IMG/VR virus record: IMGVR_UViG_3300042286_000208
Coordinates: 70,287 to 134,286 of that record
DNA length: 64,000 nucleotides
Direction: 5' to 3' (one strand)
From: a virus
Taxonomy: Duplodnaviria; Heunggongvirae; Uroviricota; Caudoviricetes
Part shown: in pieces, positions 9,451 to 18,642 of the stretch
How positions within the stretch are numbered: position 1 is the stretch's first letter
Layout of the letters: the number at the start of each line of letters is the position of its first letter
The notes under the pieces: model-generated
What the model was told of the DNA's origin: nothing
Databases searched by the model: none
The model's input: the letters and a program-made list of their open reading frames with translations, nothing else
Program-made: the position numbers and the translations under genes

Positions 9451-10260
9451 ATGTTTATTACAAAAGAAAATGTAAATAAAGTAATAGAGAAGCTAAAATT
9501 AGATGATTTTATTGTCTATGTAGATATGAAATTCTTTTTAAAAGATATATGTAATCCGTACCATACATCTCCTCTAAGATATATGGAAAAGATTGATCTA
9601 CATAAATATTTTATTGACCTACATAGTATAATGTCTAACTTTTTTAAGAAGCCAGTTTATTTTGTATATTCAACGAAAAAAATAAATATCGAGGGCATGC
9701 CGTCATATAAAGAAGTTTATTACAGTAAATATTTTGATGATGATGAAAGAGCTGAGATTTTAGAAAATATAAAAGATGTTTTTGAGACTCTAAAGAATTC
9801 CTCGATAACATCTGGAGATGAAAAATTCATAGATAGTTCTGATACTTCTATAAGCTTAAAAGACGAATTTGGCTTTATAAAGGGAAATCATGGTGATAGA
9901 ACTGCTGTGGTTATTACCAGAGATAAAATATTCAATGCTTATTCAGATATTGTGACAATTGATCCATATGATTTAACAATAGGAGAATTAAAACCAAAGA
10001 GCATTCCTGATTACTATAAGATTGTTTTATCCATAGCAGGTTACCCAGAATATTCAATTCCTGGAATCCCTGGGATTAAAGAAAAAACAATTTCAAAAAT
10101 ATTGTCAAAGATCGTTGACAAAGGAGAATATATATATTATAATACTACCAGTAGAAGTCAACCTGTGTTCCCTATAACTTACGAGTTATTATCTGAAGTC
10201 TCTGATATATCAAGAGAAGAATACAACATGATTTTAATAAACTGGAAGTTTTTAAACTAA
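9451..10260 (+). CDS. 5'-3' exonuclease / flap endonuclease (RNase H-like, H3TH)
   Basis: SIPGIPGIKEKTISKILSKI helix-hairpin-helix typical of FEN/Pol I 5' exonuclease; VVITRDKI resembles the vS.DkDl block. Confidence 0.5.
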   Translation: MFITKENVNKVIEKLKLDDFIVYVDMKFFLKDICNPYHTSPLRYMEKIDLHKYFIDLHSIMSNFFKKPVYFVYSTKKINIEGMPSYKEVYYSKYFDDDERAEILENIKDVFETLKNSSITSGDEKFIDSSDTSISLKDEFGFIKGNHGDRTAVVITRDKIFNAYSDIVTIDPYDLTIGELKPKSIPDYYKIVLSIAGYPEYSIPGIPGIKEKTISKILSKIVDKGEYIYYNTTSRSQPVFPITYELLSEVSDISREEYNMILINWKFLN

Positions 10261-10269
10261 GGAGAATTT

Positions 10270-10890
10270 ATGATAAATAAAGATAAGAATTGTAAAAGTT
10301 GTGCCCACCTAGACGGAGCACATTGTAAAAAATGAGACATTGATATTCCGAACATCCATTCTTTTTCATGCTCCAATTACAGTTTTAAAAAGGAGTTTGA
10401 GAACAAAGGTAAGGTCATATTTGACAGACCAACCCAAGAATTAAGATATGAATACGACTCTTTTAGAGTAGCAGATATGGAGTATCCAAACTATATTACA
10501 ATGGAGTTATATACAGAGGGATCTGATTGGTTTAGATTTAATTACTACTATGTTTTAAAAGATACAGGTCTTAGAGATGGTCATGTCTTTAATGTCATTG
10601 GTAATTTATCTGTGGGAAGAATGATTCGAAATAAAAAAATTGGATCGGGTACATATGTCGATAAACCATATTGGTCTTGGAAATTTGATGATGAGAATAT
10701 AAAAATATCAGACGGATATCTTAAATCAAGAGGTGATGAAGACAATGAGTTCTCTATTAAGATTGAAAAATTGAAAACCATCATAGAGTTGGTTGAAAGA
10801 GTAGAAAAAAGCGGAAATCCGTTGAATGTACCAGACAACGTTAAAGTTCAGTTTATTAGAAGTGAAACATATAACGATCTAGTAAAATAA
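10270..10890 (+). CDS. hypothetical protein (in-frame TGA at 10333)
   Basis: ATG 10270 after RBS ggaga; frame continues through TGA into listed ORF 10477-10890; N-terminal CKSC...HC cysteines. Confidence 0.45.
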
Positions 10891-10904
10891 AAAGGAGAAC
10901 GACC

Positions 10905-11273
10905 ATGAATAAAGAAAAGTTTCTAAAAGAGTTAAAAGATCAATTGATGCAAGGCGATCAATCTGGTATCTATCTAACAGATAAAGCAAAAGAGCTAATC
11001 GAATATGCAGATAATTGTCTATTGTCGGCAAAAGAGCTTAAAAACTTCGATAGATTTATTGAAGAAAATTCAAATTTGACTTTGGGTCAACTGAGACAAA
11101 AAGAAATTGAATTATACATTAAGAATTTTAAAAATATTAGCAGTTCAGAGGAAATAGATCTTGATGAAGACGAAACCGTTGATGTGGTATTTGATTTTCC
11201 AGGACAGTTTGAGACTTATACTATAACCCCTACTGTTGCTGCAATTCTTATAGATATCATTAATAAAGAATAA
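10905..11273 (+). CDS. hypothetical protein
   Basis: 122-aa ORF with RBS aaggaga. Confidence 0.45.
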   Translation: MNKEKFLKELKDQLMQGDQSGIYLTDKAKELIEYADNCLLSAKELKNFDRFIEENSNLTLGQLRQKEIELYIKNFKNISSSEEIDLDEDETVDVVFDFPGQFETYTITPTVAAILIDIINKE

Positions 11274-11610
11274 ATGGGAGAAGATATTATGAATGAAGAA
11301 AGATTGAAGGTATTGTTATACAATGCTCTGGTGTGTTTAGAAGAAAACGGATATGATATAGAACAACTAAAAGAATCCATTGGAATTAAATCTGATGAAT
11401 ATGAAGAGATTATGGATATTTAACTATGAAATATTATTATGGAAATAGTTATAAAGACGCACTCAGAAACGGTCCTGTTGAAATTAAAACCACAGATGCA
11501 CTGAGATCTTATGAAGAAAATTACAGTGTGGTAATACCTGCAGATGAGATTGATCTCGATGAAGATGATGAATCAGAAGAAATTGATTAAAAATAAAAGG
11601 AGGTCTAATT

Positions 11611-13146
11611 TTGAAATTAGTTTATTACAATAAAGACAAAAGTGAATTTCACAAAAAGAACGGTGAGTTCCAAGGAAACGAAATAACAAAAGAAAAAGTA
11701 TTCGGTAGAGTTGATAATGATTTAGCCTCGCTAGAGTTTACTGATATTAAAAGAAAATCTTTTCAAAAGGGTTCGATATTAGATCCTAACATTTTTGGAA
11801 ACTTCATGATGACCTCCAACTATAGTTGTAAATGCGGTATGACAACTGGATGGGTCAATGAAGGATTAAGCTGCAACCACTGCAACACAACAGTATTACC
11901 AGTGGGTACGAATTTAGAACAATGGGGGTTTATAGATTTAGATCCTTTTCATATTATATCTTATCCCAAATACTTTATATTAGAAAAGATAATTGGAATA
12001 AATGTTCTAAAAAGTATAATTAGAAAAAGTGATTTAATTAACTTAGATGGACAGGCAGTTGAACAAGATGACGATGGAACTTTTAAGAGGTTAAATGACG
12101 CATACCTTCAAACAAAGTTAAAAAATCATAATTATAAAAATCTAGGGTTGAAGAATTTCTATATTTACTATGAAGATATCATTAACTTTTATGCTAGAAA
12201 ATATATATCGAAACAATTTAACGTTGAGCTACCTGATGAATGGTGTTTGTATGATTTCCTATCCGATCCTAAAAATGAAGGAAAAGACATGAATATGTTT
12301 AAATCAGTGGCAACAAAAGAAGACGTATTCATTGATAAAATAATCGTAGCACCAATATCATTAAGACCTATACATAGAACAAAAGATGGTATACAACAGG
12401 ATGAGATGGGAAACCTATATACAAAGATCGTTGCTGAAAAAGTAATTCTTGACGGACACGACCATGTTTTAGATTCTTATATTGAAGAAGCTTTACTGAC
12501 TATCCAATTAAAATATTTTGAATTAGCAAACTATATTGTTAAAGACAAATTGGCTGGAAAAGAAGGTTACATCAGAGATAAGATTAATGGTACTAAACTT
12601 AACTATACAGCTCGTTTAATCTTGTCACCCTCAGATGTATCCAAATATAATGTCGGGGACTGTATACTGCCTTATTTTGTTGCTGTAAACTTTTTAAAAT
12701 ATGAGATCATCAGTATATTATCTTCAATTAAGAACATCAACTACCAAAAAGCATTAGATTATTATACTTTACATCAATATGATTTCAATCAAGAAATATA
12801 TTTGATTATGAAGAAGATTATATCTGATAATGAGGTTGGTGTATTATTAAACCGTGCTCCAACATTGAACTACGGTTCAGTAGTTTATTTAAAATTTGCT
12901 GATATAAAAGACATTTATGAAGATCAAACCTTAGCTGTACATCCATTGACATTCTCATTATATAACGGTGATGTTGATGGAGACGTTGTTACTATCGTTT
13001 TACTTCATGATAAAGAGTTGATCGAAAAAATGAAAAATTCTTTAGGTGTAGAACAAATGTTAACAGATCCCAATAATGGTAAATTGTCTAAAAAACTAAA
13101 TATTAGCAAAGACATTTTATATGGTCTGTGGAAACTTATAGGGTAG
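11611..13146 (+). CDS. multisubunit RNAP beta-prime subunit, N-terminal fragment
   Basis: Zinc-finger CKCG...CNHC; LLNRAPTL matches beta-prime NRAPTLH; YNGDVDGDVV is the catalytic NADFDGD motif; ends at equivalent of beta-prime LGLYY; TTG start with RBS aaaggagg. Confidence 0.8.
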   Translation: MKLVYYNKDKSEFHKKNGEFQGNEITKEKVFGRVDNDLASLEFTDIKRKSFQKGSILDPNIFGNFMMTSNYSCKCGMTTGWVNEGLSCNHCNTTVLPVGTNLEQWGFIDLDPFHIISYPKYFILEKIIGINVLKSIIRKSDLINLDGQAVEQDDDGTFKRLNDAYLQTKLKNHNYKNLGLKNFYIYYEDIINFYARKYISKQFNVELPDEWCLYDFLSDPKNEGKDMNMFKSVATKEDVFIDKIIVAPISLRPIHRTKDGIQQDEMGNLYTKIVAEKVILDGHDHVLDSYIEEALLTIQLKYFELANYIVKDKLAGKEGYIRDKINGTKLNYTARLILSPSDVSKYNVGDCILPYFVAVNFLKYEIISILSSIKNINYQKALDYYTLHQYDFNQEIYLIMKKIISDNEVGVLLNRAPTLNYGSVVYLKFADIKDIYEDQTLAVHPLTFSLYNGDVDGDVVTIVLLHDKELIEKMKNSLGVEQMLTDPNNGKLSKKLNISKDILYGLWKLIG

Positions 13147-13155
13147 GTGAATAGA

Positions 13156-13836
13156 ATGAATCAAACACGAGAAGAATTTATTAAAAATATTAAGCTTGGG
13201 GTCCCTGGAGACAAAGATGGAACTCCTTTAGATTTTAATGTATTACAAAAATCAGTCGCAAATAGCTTTGATAAAAGGGAGAGTATTTTGGTACTCTCTC
13301 CAAGACAATCAGGAAGAACTTTGTCTATAGTATTGAATATCTTGTATGATGTATTTGTTGATGACTGCATTGATACTATAATTGTATCCGATACAATTTG
13401 GCAAACGAATTCGATACTCGATAGAGTATTTAGTTACTTAATCGGACTTAATTCGTTCATGACTGATAAATTAGTTAAATCATTTAGAAAAAAAGTTAAG
13501 GTAAAATCAGCGAACTATGTCGCTAAATTAGACAAAGTAGTTAGATCTAATAAACGATTAGTGATCATGGAAGCTGCACATATCACAGAGAGATATAGAC
13601 TGGATAAATTGGTCGATGGATGGGATTGTTTAATTGTAGAGACCACCGCAACATCTATGACAAAATCCTTTAACAGTTTATTTTTCAAAACCAGGCTAAT
13701 GGATTTAAATGTAATGAACCTTAATATTATAAGATATAAATGGGACGAACTATTCGATGAAAAGTGGTTTAATTTACAAAAAAAACTAGTACCTGAGTCC
13801 ATATTTAAAAGAGAAATATTGCTTGAGTGGGACTAA
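13156..13836 (+). CDS. hypothetical P-loop-like protein
   Basis: Walker A-like SPRQSGRT and Walker B-like LVIMEAAH; same frame as upstream gene but separated by TAG. Confidence 0.3.
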   Translation: MNQTREEFIKNIKLGVPGDKDGTPLDFNVLQKSVANSFDKRESILVLSPRQSGRTLSIVLNILYDVFVDDCIDTIIVSDTIWQTNSILDRVFSYLIGLNSFMTDKLVKSFRKKVKVKSANYVAKLDKVVRSNKRLVIMEAAHITERYRLDKLVDGWDCLIVETTATSMTKSFNSLFFKTRLMDLNVMNLNIIRYKWDELFDEKWFNLQKKLVPESIFKREILLEWD

Positions 13837-13850
13837 GAGGTGATAAGATT

Positions 13851-14228
13851 ATGCAAATAAAAGATATAAAAACTAACACCGTTATTGTTAACGAAGACAT
13901 GGAAGTGAAAGGTAATCTTGAAGTTGTAGGCGATTTAAAAGTTGGTGGTGATATCATCGTAAGTGGTACATTAACAACTGTACATCACGAAACTATAGTC
14001 AAAGAAGATATTAAACAGAAAAAAGTATTAATTTGTACAAAGTGTGGTGGAAATAAATTCACTCCGACTGGACGAGGCATACAACTTACAGTATATATAG
14101 AGAATGGCTCAGCAGGAGGATCTAATGAATATAGATGTTCCAAGTGTGGCAATACTGAATGGGTGTCTTATCCGCCTACATATAATAAAGTCGAACCACG
14201 AGAAATAGAATTACCAGAAGATAAATAG
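13851..14228 (+). CDS. zinc-ribbon protein with N-terminal short beta-repeats
   Basis: Two CxxC pairs (CTKCGG, CSKCGN); repeats VKGNLEVVGDLKVGGDIIV; sits between RNAP subunit genes. Confidence 0.4.
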   Translation: MQIKDIKTNTVIVNEDMEVKGNLEVVGDLKVGGDIIVSGTLTTVHHETIVKEDIKQKKVLICTKCGGNKFTPTGRGIQLTVYIENGSAGGSNEYRCSKCGNTEWVSYPPTYNKVEPREIELPEDK

Positions 14229-14241
14229 GAGGAAGATCTAA

Positions 14242-16299
14242 TTGAAGAAAAGTAAAAACAGAATACTGGGAGAAGAATTATTAGTACCGAGTGGAGCAAC
14301 CAGAGTCGATCCTTATCGACTAATAATGTGGGCTGCTAATACAAGTCAAATAGTTCCACTAAAAGAAACTGATATACCCCGTATATTTACAGGTTTTGAA
14401 AATCAAATTGGTGAGAGATCAAAAGGTATAGCTTATATTACAGCGCCACAATCTGGTAAAGTAATTAAGAGAATAGATAAATATCCTAATTCAGGATACT
14501 ATGATTTAATCATTGAGCTTGATGAAACAGTTAAAAAACCATTCACGAAGGATGGTAAGACAACACCAATGAACAAAAAGGCTTATACAGTTATTTCTGT
14601 AAGGCCAGTGAATAAATTAACAGAAAACTATGGTTATAAAATGAACACAATCAACAGTAAAGATGTCGGTGACGTGATCAAAAAAGACGAATTAATAGTC
14701 TCTTCTGCAGAATATGACGAGCAATTAAACATGAAATTTGGAAGAAACGCCATGGTTGCTTATAGTCCTTTTAATAATGGAACATTTGAGGATGCTATTG
14801 TTGTAAGTAAATCGTTTTCAGAAAAAATGACTTCTTATAAAGTTGAAAAGACGGTAGCTCTAGTTCCAGCAAATGCTATTTTGATTAATCACGAATCAAC
14901 ACAAAGAGCATTATGGAAAATAGGGGAACAAATTGACGATAACTTGATTTTAATATCAAGACCTTTAAACGACAATCTATTAGTGTCACTATCCAATAAT
15001 AATGCCATCAATGAGACCAGATATTCAGATAGAAAAACTTATACAAATGGTGGGAAAGTCGTAGATATAGAAATTTTCGCAAAAAGAGACCAAATCGAAG
15101 GATTCAAATCCAAAGGCGGATTCTATAAAGAAATATTGGATATTTACGAAATGAATAAAAAATACTACTTATCTATTATAAACACAATTGAAGAGTTAGA
15201 CCTATACCCAAGAGAATTGGATGAAAAAGGTAACCCAAATGGTAGATTTATCGATAAGGATAAACTTAAATTCTATACACATGTTGAATTGGATTTCTTA
15301 TATAAAGAAGCAAAGGAGTGGCTAAATGAAGATAGCGTATGGTTGACTGCGAAGAGTGAACCAATTAATACTATAGCATTAAGATATACTATTCTTAAAG
15401 AGGCTTCTTTGGAAACCGGTGGTAAACTTGTTGGTAGATATGGTGACAAGGGTGTTACGTCGATGATTATAAAAGAAGATGAAGAAATGCCTTACTTCTA
15501 TAATCATTTAGGTGAGAAAAGAAATATAGACGTATTCTTAAACGTGTTTGGTATATTCAACCGTGAAAATCCAAGTCAGTTATTTGAGCAACACCTGAGC
15601 TTCATATTAAATAACCTAGCTGATAAATGTAGAACTATGCAAGACATTACAGAAAGACAAAGTTATTTCTTCAGTGTTCTACAAACTTTAGATCGCGATT
15701 ATGGCAAATTTATGTTCGAAGAATACAAAACTCTATCTCAAAAAGATAGAGAGTTATTTTGGAAAGATGTATATGACTATAAATTTCCATTTGTCATGGA
15801 TCCGTTTGAATCAAGTATTAAATGGGATGATATTGTAGAAGTTCAGAAAGAATTCCCTGAGCTTTCAGAATTATATAAGATGGAAGACGGAAGAGAGATC
15901 GTTGCTGGAGATCGCTATATTGTTAGATTAAAACATGACTCTCAAAATAAATCTAGTGTTAGATCTACTGGTAAAAATGATATCGCTGGAAACTTGCCTA
16001 CCGATGGTAAGAAAGAAAGAAAAATTAAACAAGCATTGTTATCAGACAAATCAGCTAAATTCGGTGTAATGGAAAAACTAAACTTAGAGATATTGAATGA
16101 TCCTGATATTATCAGAAAATTCTATGCTATAAATAGCTTATCTCCAGAATCCAGAGTAGAGTTAGTGAAGGAAATCCTTGAAAGAGGGGAAGTATTTAGC
16201 ACCACTCTTGAAATTGATGAATTCCTAAAAGATAGTTCTAATAATAGAAAAGTATTAGATGCTTATTTAGATGTATTAAATCTAAAAATAGAAGATTAA
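14242..16299 (+). CDS. multisubunit RNAP beta subunit, C-terminal fragment
   Basis: RVDPYRLIMWAANTSQIVPL ~ beta NDANRALMGSNMQRQAVP; NNGTFEDAIVVS ~ NGYNFEDAI; GGKLVGRYGDKGVTS ~ GDKxAGRHGNKGV; NIDVFLNVFGIFNRENPSQLFEQHL ~ [22 protein letters not shown]. Confidence 0.8.
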   Translation: MKKSKNRILGEELLVPSGATRVDPYRLIMWAANTSQIVPLKETDIPRIFTGFENQIGERSKGIAYITAPQSGKVIKRIDKYPNSGYYDLIIELDETVKKPFTKDGKTTPMNKKAYTVISVRPVNKLTENYGYKMNTINSKDVGDVIKKDELIVSSAEYDEQLNMKFGRNAMVAYSPFNNGTFEDAIVVSKSFSEKMTSYKVEKTVALVPANAILINHESTQRALWKIGEQIDDNLILISRPLNDNLLVSLSNNNAINETRYSDRKTYTNGGKVVDIEIFAKRDQIEGFKSKGGFYKEILDIYEMNKKYYLSIINTIEELDLYPRELDEKGNPNGRFIDKDKLKFYTHVELDFLYKEAKEWLNEDSVWLTAKSEPINTIALRYTILKEASLETGGKLVGRYGDKGVTSMIIKEDEEMPYFYNHLGEKRNIDVFLNVFGIFNRENPSQLFEQHLSFILNNLADKCRTMQDITERQSYFFSVLQTLDRDYGKFMFEEYKTLSQKDRELFWKDVYDYKFPFVMDPFESSIKWDDIVEVQKEFPELSELYKMEDGREIVAGDRYIVRLKHDSQNKSSVRSTGKNDIAGNLPTDGKKERKIKQALLSDKSAKFGVMEKLNLEILNDPDIIRKFYAINSLSPESRVELVKEILERGEVFSTTLEIDEFLKDSSNNRKVLDAYLDVLNLKIED

Positions 16300-16305
16300 A
16301 TTTAA

Positions 16306-16345
16306 TAAATAATGGGTAGTGATCAAACATTACCCATTATTAAAA
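16306..16345 (+). terminator. hairpin aataatgggtaa/ttacccattatt after RNAP beta-C gene
   Basis: 12-bp perfect inverted repeat with 11-nt loop directly after stop. Confidence 0.45.
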
Positions 16346-16397
16346 TATTAATTAAGTAAGAAAATATTCGAAATTAAAACAACGGAGGTATGACAGT

Positions 16398-16709
16398 ATG
16401 GAAAAAATAAGTGTTCATGTAATGTTTGACGGTGAGGCTGTATTCACTACAAATAGCGCAGTAGAAGCATTTTTCTACACCCAAATGAGAAGCTTTAACG
16501 AGCTAACTCATGAAGATGCCTTAAAGGCAAAATCAGTGGCAATGGAGATGTACCTAAAAGATTCGAACAATACACCGATGGGCCATCTTTCTGACTATGT
16601 TGGAAAACATTTTGAAAGACTTGAAAAAATGAATAGTCGTTGGGAAATGTTAGATGATTTCTACTCAAATTATGAGAGTGAAAATTACGAGACCGTAAAT
16701 CAGTATTAA
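16398..16709 (+). CDS. hypothetical protein
   Basis: 103-aa ORF with RBS aacggaggt. Confidence 0.45.
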   Translation: MEKISVHVMFDGEAVFTTNSAVEAFFYTQMRSFNELTHEDALKAKSVAMEMYLKDSNNTPMGHLSDYVGKHFERLEKMNSRWEMLDDFYSNYESENYETVNQY

Positions 16710-16738
16710 CAGTAATCTTTTTCACAAAAATTATTCCA

Positions 16739-16754
16739 ATGAATAATTAATTAT
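16739..16754 (+). promoter_or_regulatory. motif TGAATAATTAATTATA, copy 2
   Basis: Exact 16-mer; followed by hairpin gcttccacc/ggtggaagc, then gene 16822. Confidence 0.55.
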
Positions 16755-16821
16755 ATCAGATAGCTTCCACCTTAATGATGGTGGAAGCATTTCTGGTTTA
16801 TTTAAAAAGGAGACAAACATA

Positions 16822-17175
16822 GTGTTTAAATTTAAAAGATTAAATATAAATCGTATAAAAGAAGATTTAGAAAAGATAGAGATATTGAACAATAAAGAAG
16901 ATAAAACGGAAGAGGATTTACTTGAGGGTCATAGAATATTTAGAGTTTTTTCTAATTTTATTAAATTAAATTATGGAAAGTTTAAAAGATTTAAAAAAGA
17001 AGATAGAAACATGTATGTTAATATTTATGACTGAACAGAAAGACAGAAAAGCGTAGTATCTTCAATAAGAAAAATTGGTTTTAGAGAAGTGATCGATGGC
17101 GATGAAGAAGAATCCGATTGGATCATTTACGAAGCCTGGCTTCTTGGTTATTTAATTGTAAAATATAAAAAATAA
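16822..17175 (+). CDS. hypothetical basic protein (in-frame TGA at 17032)
   Basis: Listed ORF 16822-17034 continues through TGA to TAA 17173-17175. Confidence 0.4.
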
Positions 17176-17187
17176 GGAGATCATACA

Positions 17188-17682
17188 GTGAGAATAAATT
17201 GTATTCCTGTAGAATATTTAACAGATCAACATTTAAGAGCGGAATGGGTGGAAATGCTCATGCTCCCAGCTTTCATGAAGAGAACACTAAAAGCAAAAGG
17301 TTATATTGATATTGACGAAAGTATCGTCTATAAATTAAACACGGGACACGCCAAATTTTTTTACAATAAATTAAAGTATGTCGAGAATAGATATAAACAA
17401 ATTCAAACAGAGATGAGAAGCAGGGGTTTTGAAGCCAATCCATCTTTAGATCTTAGTATGTTTCCTAAAGAGCTATTTAATAGCTGGAAACCTAGTAAGG
17501 AAGATATGAAAGTCAATGCGAACAGGATTTTGACCAGAATTAGTGAAAAACCGCTGTGGTATACTTTTTTTCAACTAGAAGAAAAGAATACAGGTTATCA
17601 ATTTGAAAAATGAGTGGAATTTTACGAAGAGTGGTTAGATTTTAAATACGAATTAAAAGAATCAGATTTAAAAAGAATTTAG
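17188..17682 (+). CDS. denV: pyrimidine-dimer DNA glycosylase (T4 endonuclease V, DenV-like); in-frame TGA at 17611
   Basis: RINCIPVEYLTDQHLRAEWVEMLMLP matches T4 endoV [27 protein letters not shown]; C-terminal EKPLWYTFF ~ QRPTWYKYY. Confidence 0.75.
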
Positions 17683-17693
17683 GAGAATATAAT

Positions 17694-17903
17694 ATGGAAT
17701 ATATCGAATTATCGGATGGTAGAGTTGGATACATTGAAAATCCAAATCATCCTAAATTTATAGAAGATTTAAAAAGAAATGGTCTAAGTTACAAAACAAC
17801 GACAGAAAATCATTATGCAAATTATATGATAATGACTAAATTATCACCTGAACAAATATATCGTCAAGTTGGCGGAAAAAAGAGTTTCGGAAATTGTTAT
17901 TAA
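17694..17903 (+). CDS. hypothetical small protein
   Basis: 69-aa ORF with RBS aggaga. Confidence 0.4.
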   Translation: MEYIELSDGRVGYIENPNHPKFIEDLKRNGLSYKTTTENHYANYMIMTKLSPEQIYRQVGGKKSFGNCY

Positions 17904-17918
17904 ATAAAGGAGAAAAAC

Positions 17919-18173
17919 ATGAAAATATTATTTAATTATTGCACTCAGTCTAGAAGATATGCTGATAGTTATGGAGAATGTTTAGTTCTCCTTGAAGAAG
18001 GCGACGATAAAGAAGAGATCAAAAGAGAATTCCATAAAGAGAGAGCTTGGTATGAACAAAGTTATTCTTTTGATAGAGAATGTAAGGAATATGTCGAGAA
18101 AAAATATAGTGGTGATGTTGTTCATACCGGCAATATGTTACTATTTAAAACTCGTAGAGCATATTTGGATTAA
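17919..18173 (+). CDS. hypothetical small protein
   Basis: 84-aa ORF with RBS aaggagaaaaacATG. Confidence 0.4.
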   Translation: MKILFNYCTQSRRYADSYGECLVLLEEGDDKEEIKREFHKERAWYEQSYSFDRECKEYVEKKYSGDVVHTGNMLLFKTRRAYLD

Positions 18174-18191
18174 ATGAAGGAAACCAAATAA

Positions 18192-18632
18192 ATGAAATTT
18201 TTACTATTGAGAACAGATCAAGTAAATCTAAACGGTAGAGTTTATCCAAAAGATTTAGTTACTGAAGTAATAAATGATGAAAATTTTCAAAAAAGATTAA
18301 GAAACAGAGAGTTATTGGGATACATTGGTCAGTCATCAAATGAGATGGAGAGAGACATCAGTAAAGCTTCTCACGTTTTAACCAATGTATATTTCGAAGG
18401 AAATGATTTAATTGGTGACGTAGACATTTTAGAAACACCCGAGGGAATGGCTTTACTAAGCTCTTTACGGGATGGAAGTATAGATTTTGGAATGGCATTA
18501 AGAGGATATGGGGATGTTGAGTGAAATGATAACAAAGAACAAGTAATAACAACTCTAAGTATATCTTCTTTTGATTATGTGTATAGACCATCCCATCTAG
18601 ATAAAAAAAATAAAAATTTAGAAAGAGAATAG
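18192..18632 (+). CDS. possible prohead protease (HK97/S78-like); in-frame TGA at 18522
   Basis: Weak resemblance to prohead protease core (ASHVL..., GMALLSSLRDGSIDFGMAL ~ LVKRGDLNGVSFGF). Confidence 0.3.
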
Positions 18633-18642
18633 GTAAAACAGA

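Noticed and set aside
13147-13836. ORF 13147-13836 as continuation of RNAP beta-prime
   Set aside because: It lacks the bridge-helix and trigger-loop motifs and instead has Walker A and B-like P-loop motifs. It is also separated from the upstream gene by TAG, a genuine stop in this code.
17992-18177. Listed ORF 17992-18177 overlapping 17919-18173 in another frame
   Set aside because: It is entirely embedded in a better ORF with an RBS, so it is a spurious alternative-frame ORF.
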